Source: the human T2T-CHM13v2.0 reference genome, Homo sapiens. Taken from it: a stretch of 64,000 bases of DNA. The position numbers were made by a program, and so were the translations under genes. The notes beneath the pieces are model-generated. The model worked only from the letters and a program-made list of their open reading frames with translations. It was not told the origin of the DNA and made no database searches. The stretch lies in NCBI RefSeq assembly GCF_009914755.1, contig NC_060930.1; one strand, 5' to 3'. This document shows positions 14,103 through 28,420 of the stretch, one piece after another; the stretch's first letter is position 1, and each line of letters begins with the position of its first letter.

Positions 14103-15188
14103 CAGTAGTGCCCCTCATCCACAGTTTCACATTGTGCAGTTTCAGTTTCCTGTGGTCAAGTATGGTTTGAAAGTATTAAAATGGAAAATTCCAGGAATAA
14201 CTAATTCATAAGTTTTAAGTTGCAAAACCTCCTGAGTAGTGTGATGAAATCTCATGCTGTCCTACACCATAAAATCCCAGATGTGAATCCTCCCTTTGTC
14301 CAGAGAAACCACACTGTAGATGCTTTCTACCCATTAGTCATTTAGTAGCTGCCACAGTTATCAGAAATTCTGTTGTGGTACTGCAGTACTTGTGTTCAAG
14401 GAACCGTTACTTAATTATACCTCAAAACACAAGAGTAGGGATGCTGGCAACTCCAATATGCCAAAAGGAACCCACAAAGTGCTTTCTTAAAGACAATAGG
14501 TGAAAGTTGTTAATAAGAAAAGAAAAAAGTCACATGCTAAGGTCTCTAAGATCTACAATTAAGAACCAATTTTCTATTCATGAAATTGTGAGAAAGGAAG
14601 AAAATTAGGTTAATTTTGCTGTGGCACCTCACACTGTAAGTTACTGCCACTGTGCCTGATAAGGGATTAGTTAAGATGGAAAAGTCATTACATTTGTGAG
14701 TGGAAGACATGAACAGAAAATGCATTCTATTGATGGCAACTTGTTGTTCTTCAGCAAGGGATCCCCTGAAGATGAGTGACACCAAGCCATTTACTGCAAG
14801 TAAAGGATGGTTACACAGACTTAGGAATACAGAAGATCAGTAGTAGCCTAAGTCTCTGTCACAATGACTGTGCAATTCACCTCACTTCATCTCATCATGT
14901 AGGCATTGTATTATCTCACGTCATGACGAGAGAGTGAGTATAGTGTAAGATATTTTGAGAGAGAGAGAGCATATTATCAAAGCTTTTACTACAGTATATT
15001 GTTATCATTGTTCTCTTTTATTATTAGTTATTGTCAATATATTATTGTGCCTCACATATAAACTAAACTTTATCATAGGTACGTATGTGTAGGAAAAAAC
15101 AGTATATACAGGGTTTGGTACTGTCTGACGTTTCATGCATCCACTGGAGTCTTGGACTGCATCCCTTGTGGATAAGCGGGAACTACTG
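14103..15188 (+). mobile_element. Tigger7/MER44 internally deleted DNA transposon
   Basis: TA|cagtagtgcccctcatccac ... gtggataagcgggaactactg|TA: terminal inverted repeats with TA target duplication and a MER44-type 5' sequence. Confidence 0.85.
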
Positions 15189-16134
15189 TACTTAAAGTTG
15201 ACATGCTTACACCGAAGCAGTGTAGAGGCACATAAACTCTAGAAGCCAAGGTTCCCTTTTATTAGAAAGGAAGTATGCACAGATTTGTGTCTTTCCTTCT
15301 TTTTTAAATCTCATTTTGATCAAGCTTAGGCTTAGTCAGACATGCACTGTGAACTTCAGAAAGGAAGACTTCAAAAGTTGAAAAGAAGTTGACAGAATTT
15401 ATGACATGTAACTCATAACAGAAAAAGAAAGATCAAAGATTTGAAAAGTCTCAAAAACATCACTCAGACTATGTAAACAGAAGTAATTCCATCGAGGGAA
15501 GAAAAGGGGAAGAGCCTATAGAAAATGAGGTGGCACACAGTATTCTCCAATGAGCTTAACTTTTAAAAGAAAAGGTCAAAATAATAAAAAGAGTAAGATG
15601 ATTTAAAAGACCTTCACGAATCCATAAGAATAGTGTTCAGAAGGCTAACTTTAAAATGAGCCACCAAATGCTAAAAGTAAAAAAAAAAAAAATAAGTTCC
15701 TTTTATTTGTTATTGTTGAGGTTTGATTTGTTTTGTTTATCTTTGTTCAGATAAAAAAAAATCATAGAAGAAATAAGCCCACTGTTCTGGCCTAGTAATG
15801 TCACTCTCGGTGGCTGACCAAAAAGAAAAAATAAAGACTAAAACTAATACTTAGTTTCTGTTTCCTCTTTCAGTGAGAATGAAGGGGTAACTTAGGGAAA
15901 AAGGAATTGAAACTGAGGAAGGAATAGAAGATGATGAAAACATTGTCGAATGATGCCTTTAAATTATCCGTGTCTCCTGACCGGGGTTAATTACCACCCA
16001 CTGTTCTAAGAGAAAGTGAGGAGACTGAGCTGCCTATGGTGATGATGCAGCCACAGAAAACAGGAGTACCAGAGCCCTGGGGATGGGCAAATATAATTTG
16101 GGTTCTAAGGAAAGGAAGAAAGTGAATCTCTAGA

Positions 16135-16457
<323 letters not shown>

Positions 16458-16699
16458 GTGAATTTCTAACCTGAGTTTATAAGGATTGATGTTGATTTAA
16501 GGCATGATATTTCAAGGAGTGGTGAGTAAGAAATTAACACAAGAGACTGGGATAATGAAAAGATGGTGTGAGCTGTGGTTTCTATTTTCTTTTGTTTTCA
16601 AATAGAGCCACAGGTTGATTTATCAAAGAATTATAGAGAACCCAGTGCACCTGGACTTCGTCAAGACAACATCTGAAAAGGTTTGTTATGGACAATGAT

Positions 16700-17400
16700 A
16701 AGATTCTTACTTATTCTGTAGGTGTGAATATAAATTGGCAGAACCACTTTGAGAAACCTTTGGAATTATCAGATAAAGGTAAAAATGCAGAGACTCCATG
16801 ATTCTGAGATTACTCTCTTAGCTGGGGAGCCTGGACAAATTTTAGCATACATGCACTTGGAGACAGGCACAAAAATGTTTATGGCAGTATTATCTACAGT
16901 GGCCCCAAAGAGCAGACAATGCAAATGCCCATGAACTTTAGAGTAGATAAATTGTGAAATTACCCCTCAATGAAATGCTATAACATAAAAGGAAAGGAAC
17001 CAATAAGGCTAAGCAAATCAATATGGATAAATCACACAAATAGAAGGTTGAGTCCGATTAGCAAGGAACATATACTATAGAATTCCATTTATATAATGTT
17101 CAAAAATAGGAAAAACAGGATCATCTTATTTAGGATTCAATGCTTATGTGAAAAAACTATAAAAGAAAATAAGGGAAAGAGATGGTCACTAAAGTCATAC
17201 TTCCTTGGTTATTAACACTGGAGAGGAGGTGAAAGTATGTTTCTGGGGACAGATGCCAGAGAGATACTGAGCTACTGGCAGTGATTTATGTTTTAACCTT
17301 GGTGGTGTTTACATGGGTGTTTGCTTGATAATTATCCTTTAAACTATACCTATTTCTTTTATGTATTCTCCTGTATGTATGATGTGTTACACAATTAAAA
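16700..17400 (+). mobile_element. Old L1 (L1ME/L1M) 3' fragment
   Basis: L1M 3' motifs: aaattggcagaaccactttg, aaatgtttatggcagtatt, caaatgcccat, gataaattgtg, attccatttatataatgttcaaaaatagg. Confidence 0.7.
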
Positions 17401-17681
17401 TGCTAGAGGAAATTTCTCATGGTATTACTGTGGAAAAGGTAGAGAAAAAATACTTTGGGTGATGATATTCAATTAGATGAATTTGAAATGTGTAATAATA
17501 TGTGGACTTAGGTACTTAGATTAGGCTTGAGGTTTTTCAGAGGAATATTGAAGGTCTCTGTCCCCAACCTTGTTCATTGCTTCCATGAACACTTTTTATC
17601 AAGGACTCAGATGAATATGTGATATTTACATATGATATCATATTTGAAGCTTATATGAAAATTGGATGAGTATAGTCCTGG

Positions 17682-17846
17682 CCAGTTCTTCTCAGACTTT
17701 TGTGTACAGAAGAAAAACCTGGGAAGCTTGTGGAAATGCAGATTCTGATTCAATAAGTCTGAGATGGGGCCCAAGACTCTGCATTTCTAACAGGCTCAAG
17801 GTTATGCTGATGCTGCCGATTAGTGGATGTCACTTTGAACAGCAAG
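17682..17846. mobile_element. MER5-family hAT MITE
   Basis: aaatgcagattctgattca...ctctgcatttctaacaggctc...gatgctg...cactttgaacagca. Confidence 0.75.
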
Positions 17847-18409
17847 AGAATGGGCAACCTTTAAGGTCATTCCCAATCCTAAAACTTTATGACGCTATGA
17901 TTCTAATTCTTAGTTTAGGTACATGCATGAGTTAATCTCATACTACTAAGGCCATGCCACACTGGGTAATAAGGTTGGTCTATCAATCCAAGGAGGCTGA
18001 TTTCCCTCTTATTCTATATTCTTGTTACATCTTTGTTGATATTTTTCCATCTTTATTTATAGTGACTATTTTCTCCTATTGTGAAGTGCAATAATGGATC
18101 CCTGGCAAGTGTTCATCCTAACTTTTTCCTTATAACAAGTGGAGCTACAGGAAGCATAGTCACCATGGTCCAGAGGCAATTTCCTCCCTCCCTCAGTGAA
18201 ACACCTACTATAAGTCAGTTTTTGCCTCAGAGGAGTCAGAAAGAAAGGAAAAAAAAAATGTCTGGTGCATCCTATTTCCTAGCTCCCACAATGAGGGTTT
18301 AAAATCATCAGTTGTAAATTTGAAGGCCAAAAGGGTGGTTCTATATTACGAACAAGGAGTATTTTTTTATGAACAACTTTAGAGCATGGTAGAGGTATTA
18401 AGAAAGAGA

Positions 18410-18650
18410 AAAAGTAAAAACTATGTATTAAGTGTCAACTATATGCCAGATGGTGCTTTCCTATGTTTTAATGCCTCAACAATTCTGTGAAATGGATACT
18501 ATTAGTATTCACATTTTACAGAGAGAAGTCAAGAGGCTGTTCAAGGCAACATATCTCATAATGGATGGAGTTAAGACTAGAAGCCAACTAGAAGATTGGT
18601 CTAACTTCCAAGAGCAATCTTCCTATTGACCCATCACACTGCCTCAGTGC
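18410..18650 (-). mobile_element. MIR SINE
   Basis: tatgccagatggtgct...cctcaacaattctgtgaa...cacattttacagagagaag. Confidence 0.65.
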
Positions 18651-21600
18651 AGCACCTACAAAGACGTAAAATCTCATTTTGGTGAAGCATGGATTTGAAG
18701 TACCAAGTATTTTATTGTATTCAGAGATGTCTTCAAAATTGCATCGTTAATATATACATTATATATATAATCCATGGTAATGATTACGGCAGTTCCATTT
18801 TGAATATCATGTTTTAACTAAAATCCAAATATTCAGTAAGTATAAATTACCAGTTTCTTTGGATTACAGTGAGATGAGCTTTGTTTCCTAAATAAACTTA
18901 GCAGTGACAAGTTCAGTTGAGTGAGCAAACTGATTTAGACCACAGAATTGAGAGAAAGTGGACCTCCACCCAGGTGAGAATGTAATTTGACTCTCAATTT
19001 TCACAAAGAAACATCAGTCCTGCTACCACCTCTTGTAGTTTCTGACCATGTTCACTTTCCCTTACTTAGTAATATAGGACATCAGCTCTTTAGTTCCCTA
19101 TCAAATAACCCAACTTCAAACACTCAGAAATCCAACTCTAACCAAATGTTTATCTAAATAAAGTAACACTTGGTAAAGACTACCTAAGGAACATGTTGTC
19201 CATTGACTCTGTGGACTATGTTAAAATCTCTCCTCAGTACCAGTTTGAACATGAGAGGTCTACACACCTAACTATATCATTTAGCCCTCTCACAGAACTT
19301 CCATCATTAAAGTGTTTTAATTCAGCACTCTCAACTTTTATCACAGGTTACTGATCGCCACAGTTATGTGCAAATTTCCTCTGTGCTTGCTAAAGATGTT
19401 ATTGAGATTATTGTCCGGTATGTCAACTCTTCAAGATTCAGCAATAAGAAAAACTAGTAGCCCCTTTACTTCCTGTTGAGAGGGTCATGCATTTTTTTGT
19501 TTTATTTTTTTAATTTGATCGCTTAACATCCAGAAAACTGACCTGAATTTGAAGTTTAACCGTAATTGCTAGAATACATGTAGTCACATCTTTATTTTCT
19601 TTTTTACTCTCTTTTTCTTATCTTTTAAAAAGCTATCTGAAATTATTTGTGAATGTTTATATAACTAGTAAAAAAAATTAAAAGTGTTTGGATTGCTGGA
19701 AGAAAGAGCTGCTCATTGCAAAATTTCTTTGCTGACTGCTATAGTTTAAGACATGCACAGAAGCATATTGACAAATTAATTAGAATCTTGGCACTCAAGG
19801 TCATAACTGCAGAAAACAAACAGACTAGCCTCCTCTATTTTAAAGTTCACAAGCTGAATGGTGGGAGATATTACAAAAGGCCAATGATACACTGTTAGAC
19901 ACAAATGCTTTGTTCTCTTCACATTGATTAACTCCAAGAAAAGAGAAAGACTCCCCACCCTTTCTTTAATCCTTTGGCTTCCTGTCACCACTCACGTTGA
20001 GCAATTATTAATCGAAATCCAAGCCCCCAAACAGGTGATTTCTACATAGCTTCCTATCAGGCAGTGTGCAGACAGGCAAACACCATAAGCAGTCAAAAGA
20101 TTTATGTTTAAGCCTATTCTTTTTCAGCTTTGTGTCCTTGGAGAAATCACTTTCTTCCAGAAATATTAGTTATTTAATCTTCAAAATAAGGATCTAAAGG
20201 CAAATGCAATACAACACAATATAATACGGGGCACCTCCATGCAAAATGCAATAGAAATATAAGCTTCAATTTATGTCTGGTGAAAATGTCCCCTGCTCCC
20301 AATAAAATAAGTCTTTCACAGAGGCTGAAAGGTGTGATAGAAATATCAGTTCAGCATTCTGAACAGAGAAACGGATCAGAATGCCCTTTCCAACCAAGAC
20401 GCTGACCCAATTTTATTATTCAAGATGCTGTTTGCTTGACCAATCGTTTGGTCAACTTTCCCAGGCCACTGCATTGCAGTTTTCTTATTTTTCTACCCTG
20501 CAGTTCTTTCTATTCTGCAGTTTCTAGGTCTTGCTTTAGTCAAAACATTAGGCAGACATCTGATATTGAAAACTGAATAAATATTACATCTATCAATAAG
20601 GTGATTAATCAGAAACTACTGCCAACAAAATCCAGCACCTCAGACTGTTACCTGACTTCTCCCATTGCCTTAATTTTTACCTAGGAATAGTAGCCAAAAA
20701 GAAAGAGCCAAAGCAAGGTCTGCTCAGATTTCTGATGAATCTTTGTGGTCTTGGGTCTAGTCCCCAGCTAATGTATCAAACGTAATCTGTTGGATTTCCA
20801 TTCTGTACAGAACAGAGAGACAGTATCGGTGACTATGTTGATAATACTGGGGAACAAACATTAGAGCTGGGAGAAATGAGAGAAACACAGTGCATTTGAA
20901 AAAGGCTCAAACACACACACAAACCAATGTATTAAATATATTCACTGCTAGAAGGTATGAACATACCTTTAATATGGAGAAATACACAAAAGTATTTCAG
21001 TAAATTTCCACATCGATTCTAAGACTTCCCAGAATGGTTTTTCAACAAATCTAACCTTCTTCTCCAAACTGTTCTCTTCTGTATTTACAATATTAGTAAT
21101 GTCCAGATGTCAATCTGAAACATACACCTCATAGAATTACTAGAGAATTATTATTCACTCCCTATAAAATACTTAATTATTTTTATGCTGAAAGGCAGCG
21201 TTTTTTTGACTTTCAAAATCAAGACTGTAATTTAGAATGTTAAGATTCTGTTATCTCACTATTTTTTATCTTAATCTCAAAGTTTTACCTTAAGTACTTT
21301 TGCCCTTTCTGCAAATTTCTTTATTTTTAGTTTAAGTCATTTGTTATAATGCATTTTCTTTGTAACAGCAAAGCATGGATACAGTCTCAAACCCAAAAAT
21401 GTTATCGCTCCTTAAATTCAAATGCCTGTGCTTGCTGTTCTGACTATGTACAATGTCTCTAAGAAATGCCACCAAAAATAGGTGCCAAGCTCATTGCAAT
21501 ATTCAAAAATTAAAAACATGCTTCCAGATGCCAAGTATTTATAAAAGTGAGGCTGTCTGCCTCCTGGAGGGGATAAAGCTTATCAGATGCACTGTAAAAG

Positions 21601-22329
21601 TTATACAGAATTCTAGCAGATCTTAAGACAAGATGCTATTTAACCTGGAGGCAGAAGCAGAGAGTTTTCAGGTTTAGACCCTTGATCCAAAATCTAAAGT
21701 AAAATTGCCTGCAGTATATGAGAATTAGAACGTAAAAACTGTGAAGTTTGCGGGGAAGAATAGGAGAAATGAATAAGAATAGGAACCTTGTTTTTCCCAA
21801 TTGATCCTCATTACAGGACCCAGTGAAATTCTTATTTTATGAATTCTTTCCTGAGACTGGTGGGGGTTGTTGAAAGCTGCTGTTTTGTGTATTTTCATTA
21901 ATATTTTAATTTTTGTACTTGCATCCTAAGGCAGTTTCATGAACTGAGCAATTTTTTTGCATGAAAGAGGAAGAATCTGACATTTTCTACTCCCTCCTGT
22001 CAGAAAGTTTTGACACACCATGAGGGTATTCTGCTGTTATCTGGAACTACATTCTTTTCATCCAGTCTTTTAGTGTCCACAAATTACTTCCAAATTGAAT
22101 GCAAGTATGTAATAGAAACTTGTAATACATTTGTCTATTTTTTTCTTTGTAGATCTGAGTCTTCCAGTCGAAGTGCAGTTGTAGATGCAACATTTTGAAG
22201 ACAGAAAGAAAACAGATTTACAGCGCAAACTTGGAGCTGAGGGTATCTGTTTTCCAGTAGAAGAAAAACATTATTTATCATTTTGAAAAAAATAATGATT
22301 GAGTGACACGGTGTTTTTTAATATAAAGT

Positions 22330-22430
22330 GGGGGTTGGCAATGTACAGCCCACCAAACAAACCTGGCCCTTGCCAGTTTTTCTTTTAAATAAAGTCTTAA
22401 TGGCACACAGCCATGCTCATTTGTTTATGC
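22330..22430. mobile_element. MER58-type fragment
   Basis: ggggttggcaa...aaataaagtcttaatggcacacagccatgctcatttgtttatg. Confidence 0.65.
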
Positions 22431-25342
22431 AGTTTACTGACACTTGGCCTAGAGCATGAAAAACAGGTATTGGTATGCTCCAATTTTATTTATTCCCACT
22501 TTTTTATCATGCTAAGAATCCTCTTTTATTGAAATGAATAAGATAGGAATTTTGAGGTTTAAATCTCCAAATATTTTTGGCATGGATTCCAAATAATGAA
22601 GTCCTCAAAATCCTGTCAAACAGCATTCATACCATTGAACTTCAATGGAATAGCACCATAAGATTTAGAGGCTACAATTCTAGGTAGAATTTGCAAGCCG
22701 AATTTATATCTTAGTGTTTCCACATCAAACCTTTGAAAGATTATGCAATCCCACACATTACAGAATATGCCCCATTTCTTATAGAAATACAACTGCCACC
22801 TATGCCTCCAGACCTTTTATGACAGCCCTTCCATCTCTGCCACAATGGTTATTATAAGTTGTCAACTCTGCATATCATCCCTACATCAATCACAGGAGGA
22901 GAGGAAGATCCTCAAGATTTTACCCCTCTGGCTCCAGTCGGCCCTGCATCTAAATTGTCCAGGAGAGACAACTGCATGCTGTACTTCTAAAAATATGTTT
23001 TGTGGAGTGATTAATTTTTACTAACAACCTTTAGAATTAGAAAGTTTTCTTTGGCCTAATCCTTTACTATGGTTTGATTCCATTCTCTCCTCTAACAGCA
23101 GAGGTGAGAAATAGAGTAATTCCTTGATCACATTTAAAAGTGTTTGAGTCGTAATATTTCTAACATCTCAGGTTTTGATTATTCTAGCAATGCCTCTACC
23201 CACAAAAGATGGCTCATTTTCATTCTTCTTTTTCATAAGGTGACAACAGATGCCTAGCACTCCCCCTTTAGAGACCTCTATGGTTTTGTTGAATTTATTT
23301 TTATTTATTGTTCTTCCCTTCAGAGCATAAGAGCTAATATTTACTCATTTCTTATTTTGTTGTAGACACTGAAAAGCATGTCTCATTTCAGTCCTTCCAG
23401 TGATGTATAGGATATTTCCTGTAATTATCCCCATTTTAAAATAAGAAAGCAAAGGCTTGGAGATAACATCATTTATTCAATATCACACATCTATAAAGTA
23501 ACAAGGCCAGGATGCAATTCCAAGTTGGTCTGATTCCAGAGATTTTTTTTTTCTTTTTTTTTTTTCCCACTCAGCTCTGCAGCTTTGAGTACAGAGATTG
23601 ACTTTAACGCATCTTCATTCCCTCAGGGTCCAGCATAGGTTCAAGTATATAAGGGATCCTCACTGAAATGTTTGTTGAATAAATCAATGGCTAAACAAAT
23701 TTTTAACAAGGTGTTTAAAATCCATATCAAGAATATTAGCTATATTCTTAACACTTGCCATGTCTTGGTATAAGCTGTGACTTTGCCAGCTTCTTTACTT
23801 AACAATTTGTTGGAACTAGATATTCAGACATCCAGTGAAAAAGGAAAATTGGAGAGTAAATACCAGGGGACAAATGAATGTAAGTTACTTAGGAGAACAA
23901 ATCAGAAAATAATCCTAAAACTTGCTATCTCTGAACGAGTTTACTTTAGCTAATTTTTAATGTCATTCCTTCATGGTTAAGACCTTTTCATTGTATATTG
24001 TTGGGCCACTGATTCCTAGACATTTGCCCACATTTAAGTCTTCTTACATCACTCATTCGTATTGGAGCTGCTCCTTTATGGAAACAAAATAACTGAAGAT
24101 GCAAGTAGCTTTTGGGGGAAGCACTGTTCCTATGAAGCTTTTTGAGTGAATTCTCCCAGTCTCCTCTTAATAGGATTCTGATAGAATTAGAAGTGTCAGT
24201 TATAGTCTCAGTACCATGACTTCAGTTTAAATTGAATGAATATATATTCAATTAATAGGATGGATTGATTATTTTCTACCTTTTAATGTTAGTTATAAAC
24301 AACTGTTTGAAATGTATTATCTATATTACTTCCATGGACCCTTATTTTAAACTTCTTCAGCAATTTCAGTTTTTATTCTATATAATTCTAAACTTACTGA
24401 TATTATTTTGGAACAGCTTTCTCAATTGTTCTGACTTTTAAGAGGTCCTGCAGTTTGTTTAATAAGACATATCTTGTCCTGCAGTATAACATCTAATTTA
24501 TTATACAACTTGTCAATTTTCAAATAAAATAAAATGCACATAAAATAAAGTTTCCCCAGGAAGAAATATTTGAAACGTATTAAAATTGAGGCTTGTTTTA
24601 ATTAAGTTGTTCCTCTTTGGGGCATATTAAAACAATCTGGGTTATTAAGAAGCTATAAGTAGATCAGGATATATTCCTAACTTCTAAATGTTTTCTGAAG
24701 AAAACATCATGAAGGAAAAAACAGTGTGGATGCTCATAACACCTCCTCTGACACCACTGTCATAAACTGAATATTGCTTGCAATGTCTTGGATTCACTAT
24801 GAGAGCCTGAATATTGGGTTGCCTGGCCCATAGGTCCAATCACCAGAATGATTTTTTCCCCCTTTGTTCTTATGAGATGAGAATAAAGTTTAATAAATGA
24901 ACCAAAACTGAGATGTTATTTGGTAGAACTCTCTCCCTTCCCTTCTCTTGTTCTAATGACTGTAGTGTTTTTTTCAAGAGAATATAGCTGTTACAAACCA
25001 CTCCTGGCCAGCTTCCAGTTAGGAAATTCAATTTTTATCTATTTATATACCCCAAGAAAATCCCCCTCTAATTATCACTTAGAAACTTGCATTGCTTTGA
25101 TAACCACAATGGTTGCACATAGACTTCTATTACTACCTTTTACTTTTCTCTGCATTTACTCTCAGTGGACCTAAATGCAAAACTACATAGCTGGACCAAT
25201 GAAAAAATGTGTTTGATTGTTTATGTCTTATAGAGTCAACCAGTTAGGCAGCACATATCAAAACATAATGATTTTTGAGATCATTCAGCATTGTAAATTC
25301 TCATGAGAGCCCCATAATCAATGCAACTTGGTTGAACTGAGC

Positions 25343-25703
25343 TGCTATGGACTGTTTATCTCTCCCCAAAATTAGTATATTGAGATCCTAATCCCCAATG
25401 TGATGCTATTTGAAGGTGGGGCCTTTGGGAAGTGACTAGGTAATCTGGGTGGAGTCCTCACGAATGAGATTAGTGTTTTTATTAAAGAGCCCCAGAAGGC
25501 TCCCTTGCCCCTTCTATCATGTGAGGACAGAGAGAGAAAAGAGCAGTCTATGCACCAGGGGCTGGGGCCCATATCAGACCATGAATATGATAGTGCCTTG
25601 GTCTTGATTTTTCAAACTCCACAACTGTGCGAAATAAATCTTCGTTGTTTAAGTCATTCTGTCTATGGTATTTTTGTTACAGCAGCCTGATATGACTAAG
25701 ATA
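25343..25703 (+). mobile_element. MaLR solo LTR (MLT1A/MST-like)
   Basis: tgctatggactg...ccccaatgtgatgctatttgaaggtggggcctttggg...aaataaat...tatttttgttacagcagcc..gactaagata. Confidence 0.85.
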
Positions 25704-26871
25704 AGAGCATACAAATGTAATAGTACACATAGGAATTCTCTCACATATGAAAATGGATATTGTGTCCTTAAGATATAAAATAAGCATTCTAGTAAAAAAA
25801 AAAAAAAAAAACCCTTTCATGGAACAGAAATAGAAGTTCTAAGATTACTAGTTACCTGAAAAAGGGGTAATGAACTGTTGTGAAACACTGTTGAAGAAGC
25901 TGAGCATTTTGGAGAATTTAATGTGGTTTCCAGGGTTGTATGAAAATGCTAGATGCACTTAAAGCAGGTACTAGGAAAATTTGGCCTAAAATAGATTATG
26001 CAATAAATAGCCAAATGTGAGAATAGAAACTTTAATGAGAAATATTTATCATCAAGCAGTCATTCAAATGTCATCTATTTTCTACTAACTGCAATTGAGC
26101 AGGTGGTTCCCCATTTTCCATGATTATCTTCTAATCTCTGGGGAAAATATTTTTTAGAAAGTTCAAAATACTTCACTTGAAAAATGAACTGTCTGCATGA
26201 GAGACATATAACAGGCTGATTTTGTTTAACTGAGTTTCACAAAACTCTCTCAGGGCAACCTATCTTTCCTATGTTGCCAAAATGGGGAAAAATCAAGTTA
26301 GCAAATAGCATTTTTTCTACAGCTTCCCCTAAGGCTGTGGAGGATGGCCTCTGTGATTTAGTAGGCCTTTTCCCTCCTTTGTGCCAGTAACTAGGTTTTG
26401 CAGTATTACTGAGGATTTAGCAACTCAGCTCGCTGTTTCTGACTCTCCAAAATGAGGAAGATGAATTATTTAACATCCAGGAAGCACCAGCTGTGTTCTC
26501 TCCTAAATGCTGAGCTTCCCAGACCAACAGGATTTACAATTGAAATAGGTTTCTAATCTAAATAGGACTACAACTTTCACAAGTGAACAAGGTTAGAGAG
26601 TTTTTCCTCAGTGGAGAATATATTTTAGTGAGTGTTTCTTAGTGGTTTTCACTGGGAATCCTAGAAATTCTCCAGAGAGTAGAGTCTGGCTTCCTGCCAA
26701 GTGGCCTGTGTACTTTTGACATGGAAGGCACACATTCTGAGACCACTGAAGAAGATGATTGACAACATTCACTGTGAGGGATTTAGATGAGGTACAAAGA
26801 CGATTTTCTTGATGGCTTGTGGGCAGAGAAATCTGTGAGAACTATTTCACTCAATGTTCATAGATCCAGAG

Positions 26872-27089
26872 CAGTGGTTCTCAACAGGAGGCAATTTTGT
26901 GCCTCAGGGGACACTTGACAATGTTTGGAGACTTTGTTTTTGTTTTTCACGACTTGGGGGAGGAGGAGGATGCTACTAGCATCTAGAGGGTGGAGGCCAG
27001 GAATGCTACTAAACATCCCACAATGCACAGGGCAATCTCACAACAAAGAATCATCTGGCCCCAAATAGTGCCAAGGTCAAGAAACCCTG
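26872..27089 (+). mobile_element. MER20 hAT MITE
   Basis: cagtggttctcaac...gggacacttgacaatgtttggagac...aagaaaccctg, with 8-bp TSD-like atccagag / acctagag. Confidence 0.9.
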
Positions 27090-28289
27090 ACCTAGAGAAC
27101 TTACACGTTTCGAGTTCTCTGAAATATTGAAATACTTGAGGGTCCTACATTGGGCTGTTCCAAGGTGGCTTTCTGTGTCTTTAATTAGCCTACCTTGCCT
27201 AGCTCTCAAGACTAAAATAATGCACTCATGTGTTTAATGAGGATAAAAATGTTGATTTACTACCCAAGTGAGCATGCTCTAAAGACTGGTTCTTCTTTTG
27301 TGCAAAGTGTTCTTGCATTTCTCCACCTGATTCCAACCTTTGTTTTTGGAATGAGCTCAAATCTCACTTCATCCTAAAAGCCTTGGGGAAAGATAAAGGT
27401 GATCCATTTTTCCTCTAAACTCCTATCCATAGCAAGTAGTGCTTGCATCCCTCATTAGGCCTTTACTGCCTTGTAGACTCTCTGTATATATGTGACATGT
27501 GAACTACATCGTAAATTCTTTGCTGGTTGAGCTACTATTTCATACTGCTTTGGTAACACACAATCTATTACTATCAGTAAGGACTCCATAAATGTTTATT
27601 CACCATATCTTCAATATTTTGGGTACTCTCAGAGTAGTCATTATTAAATAAGATAAGAAAAACTTTGGCTACCAGTTTCCCCCAGTCAAAATTTGTGGCA
27701 GAAAGACCTCAATGTAAAACTACATCAAATATGTTTCTGTTTACGTTGGCTTCTATTCTACAAAGCCAAGTTGTGTTTTTCGATTTCTAGCCTGTTAATG
27801 AAAACTAGGTATCAACATGGCTTATTAAGAAAAGAAGAATTATGTAAGGTCATTCTACATTGTTAATAGAAAAAGGAATAATGGAACATCATAATAAAGA
27901 GAAATAGTTTTATAATAGAGAAGTGTCACGATATTAGTCAGGTTTATTAGGGCTTCAGATGAGTATTCCAAGAAAAGTGGCAGAAATTCGATCAATTACA
28001 TGATGTGCACATAAATTGAACTTAATAAAACTGACTAAATTCCTTCTGGAAAAAATGCTATAGGGAATATACTTTTATTAGTTCTAAGTGAGAATGAATT
28101 TGATGATACAGTAAATCCTTTTCCACTTTTAATCTTGAGTTTCCCATGAAAAATATCAAAAACAACTTTAGATATATTATGGACAACGAAACTGAAGACT
28201 GAGGGAACTATATGGCTGGTCAATGCTTTAGGAATGAGTAAGAATGTAGGTGCTACAGTAGGAATACTGGATCCATCCAATCTGAGTGG

Positions 28290-28420
28290 ACTTTAACAAG
28301 TTACTTAACTATCTGTGCCTCAGTTTTCTCACTGTAAAAATGAGAATAATATAGTGCTCTAAGGGCTGTTGGTGACAACCAAATAAATTCATGCACATTA
28401 TTTGGAGTAGGTCCTGTTCC
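28290..28420 (+). mobile_element. MIR SINE fragment
   Basis: caagttacttaactatctgtgcctcagttttctcactgtaaaaatgagaataat. Confidence 0.75.

Noticed and set aside
19680-20040. Repeat-free stretch with homeobox-like TAAT/ATTA motifs as a conserved enhancer
   Set aside because: Such motifs are expected by chance in AT-rich DNA. Conservation or chromatin data, which I do not have, would be needed.
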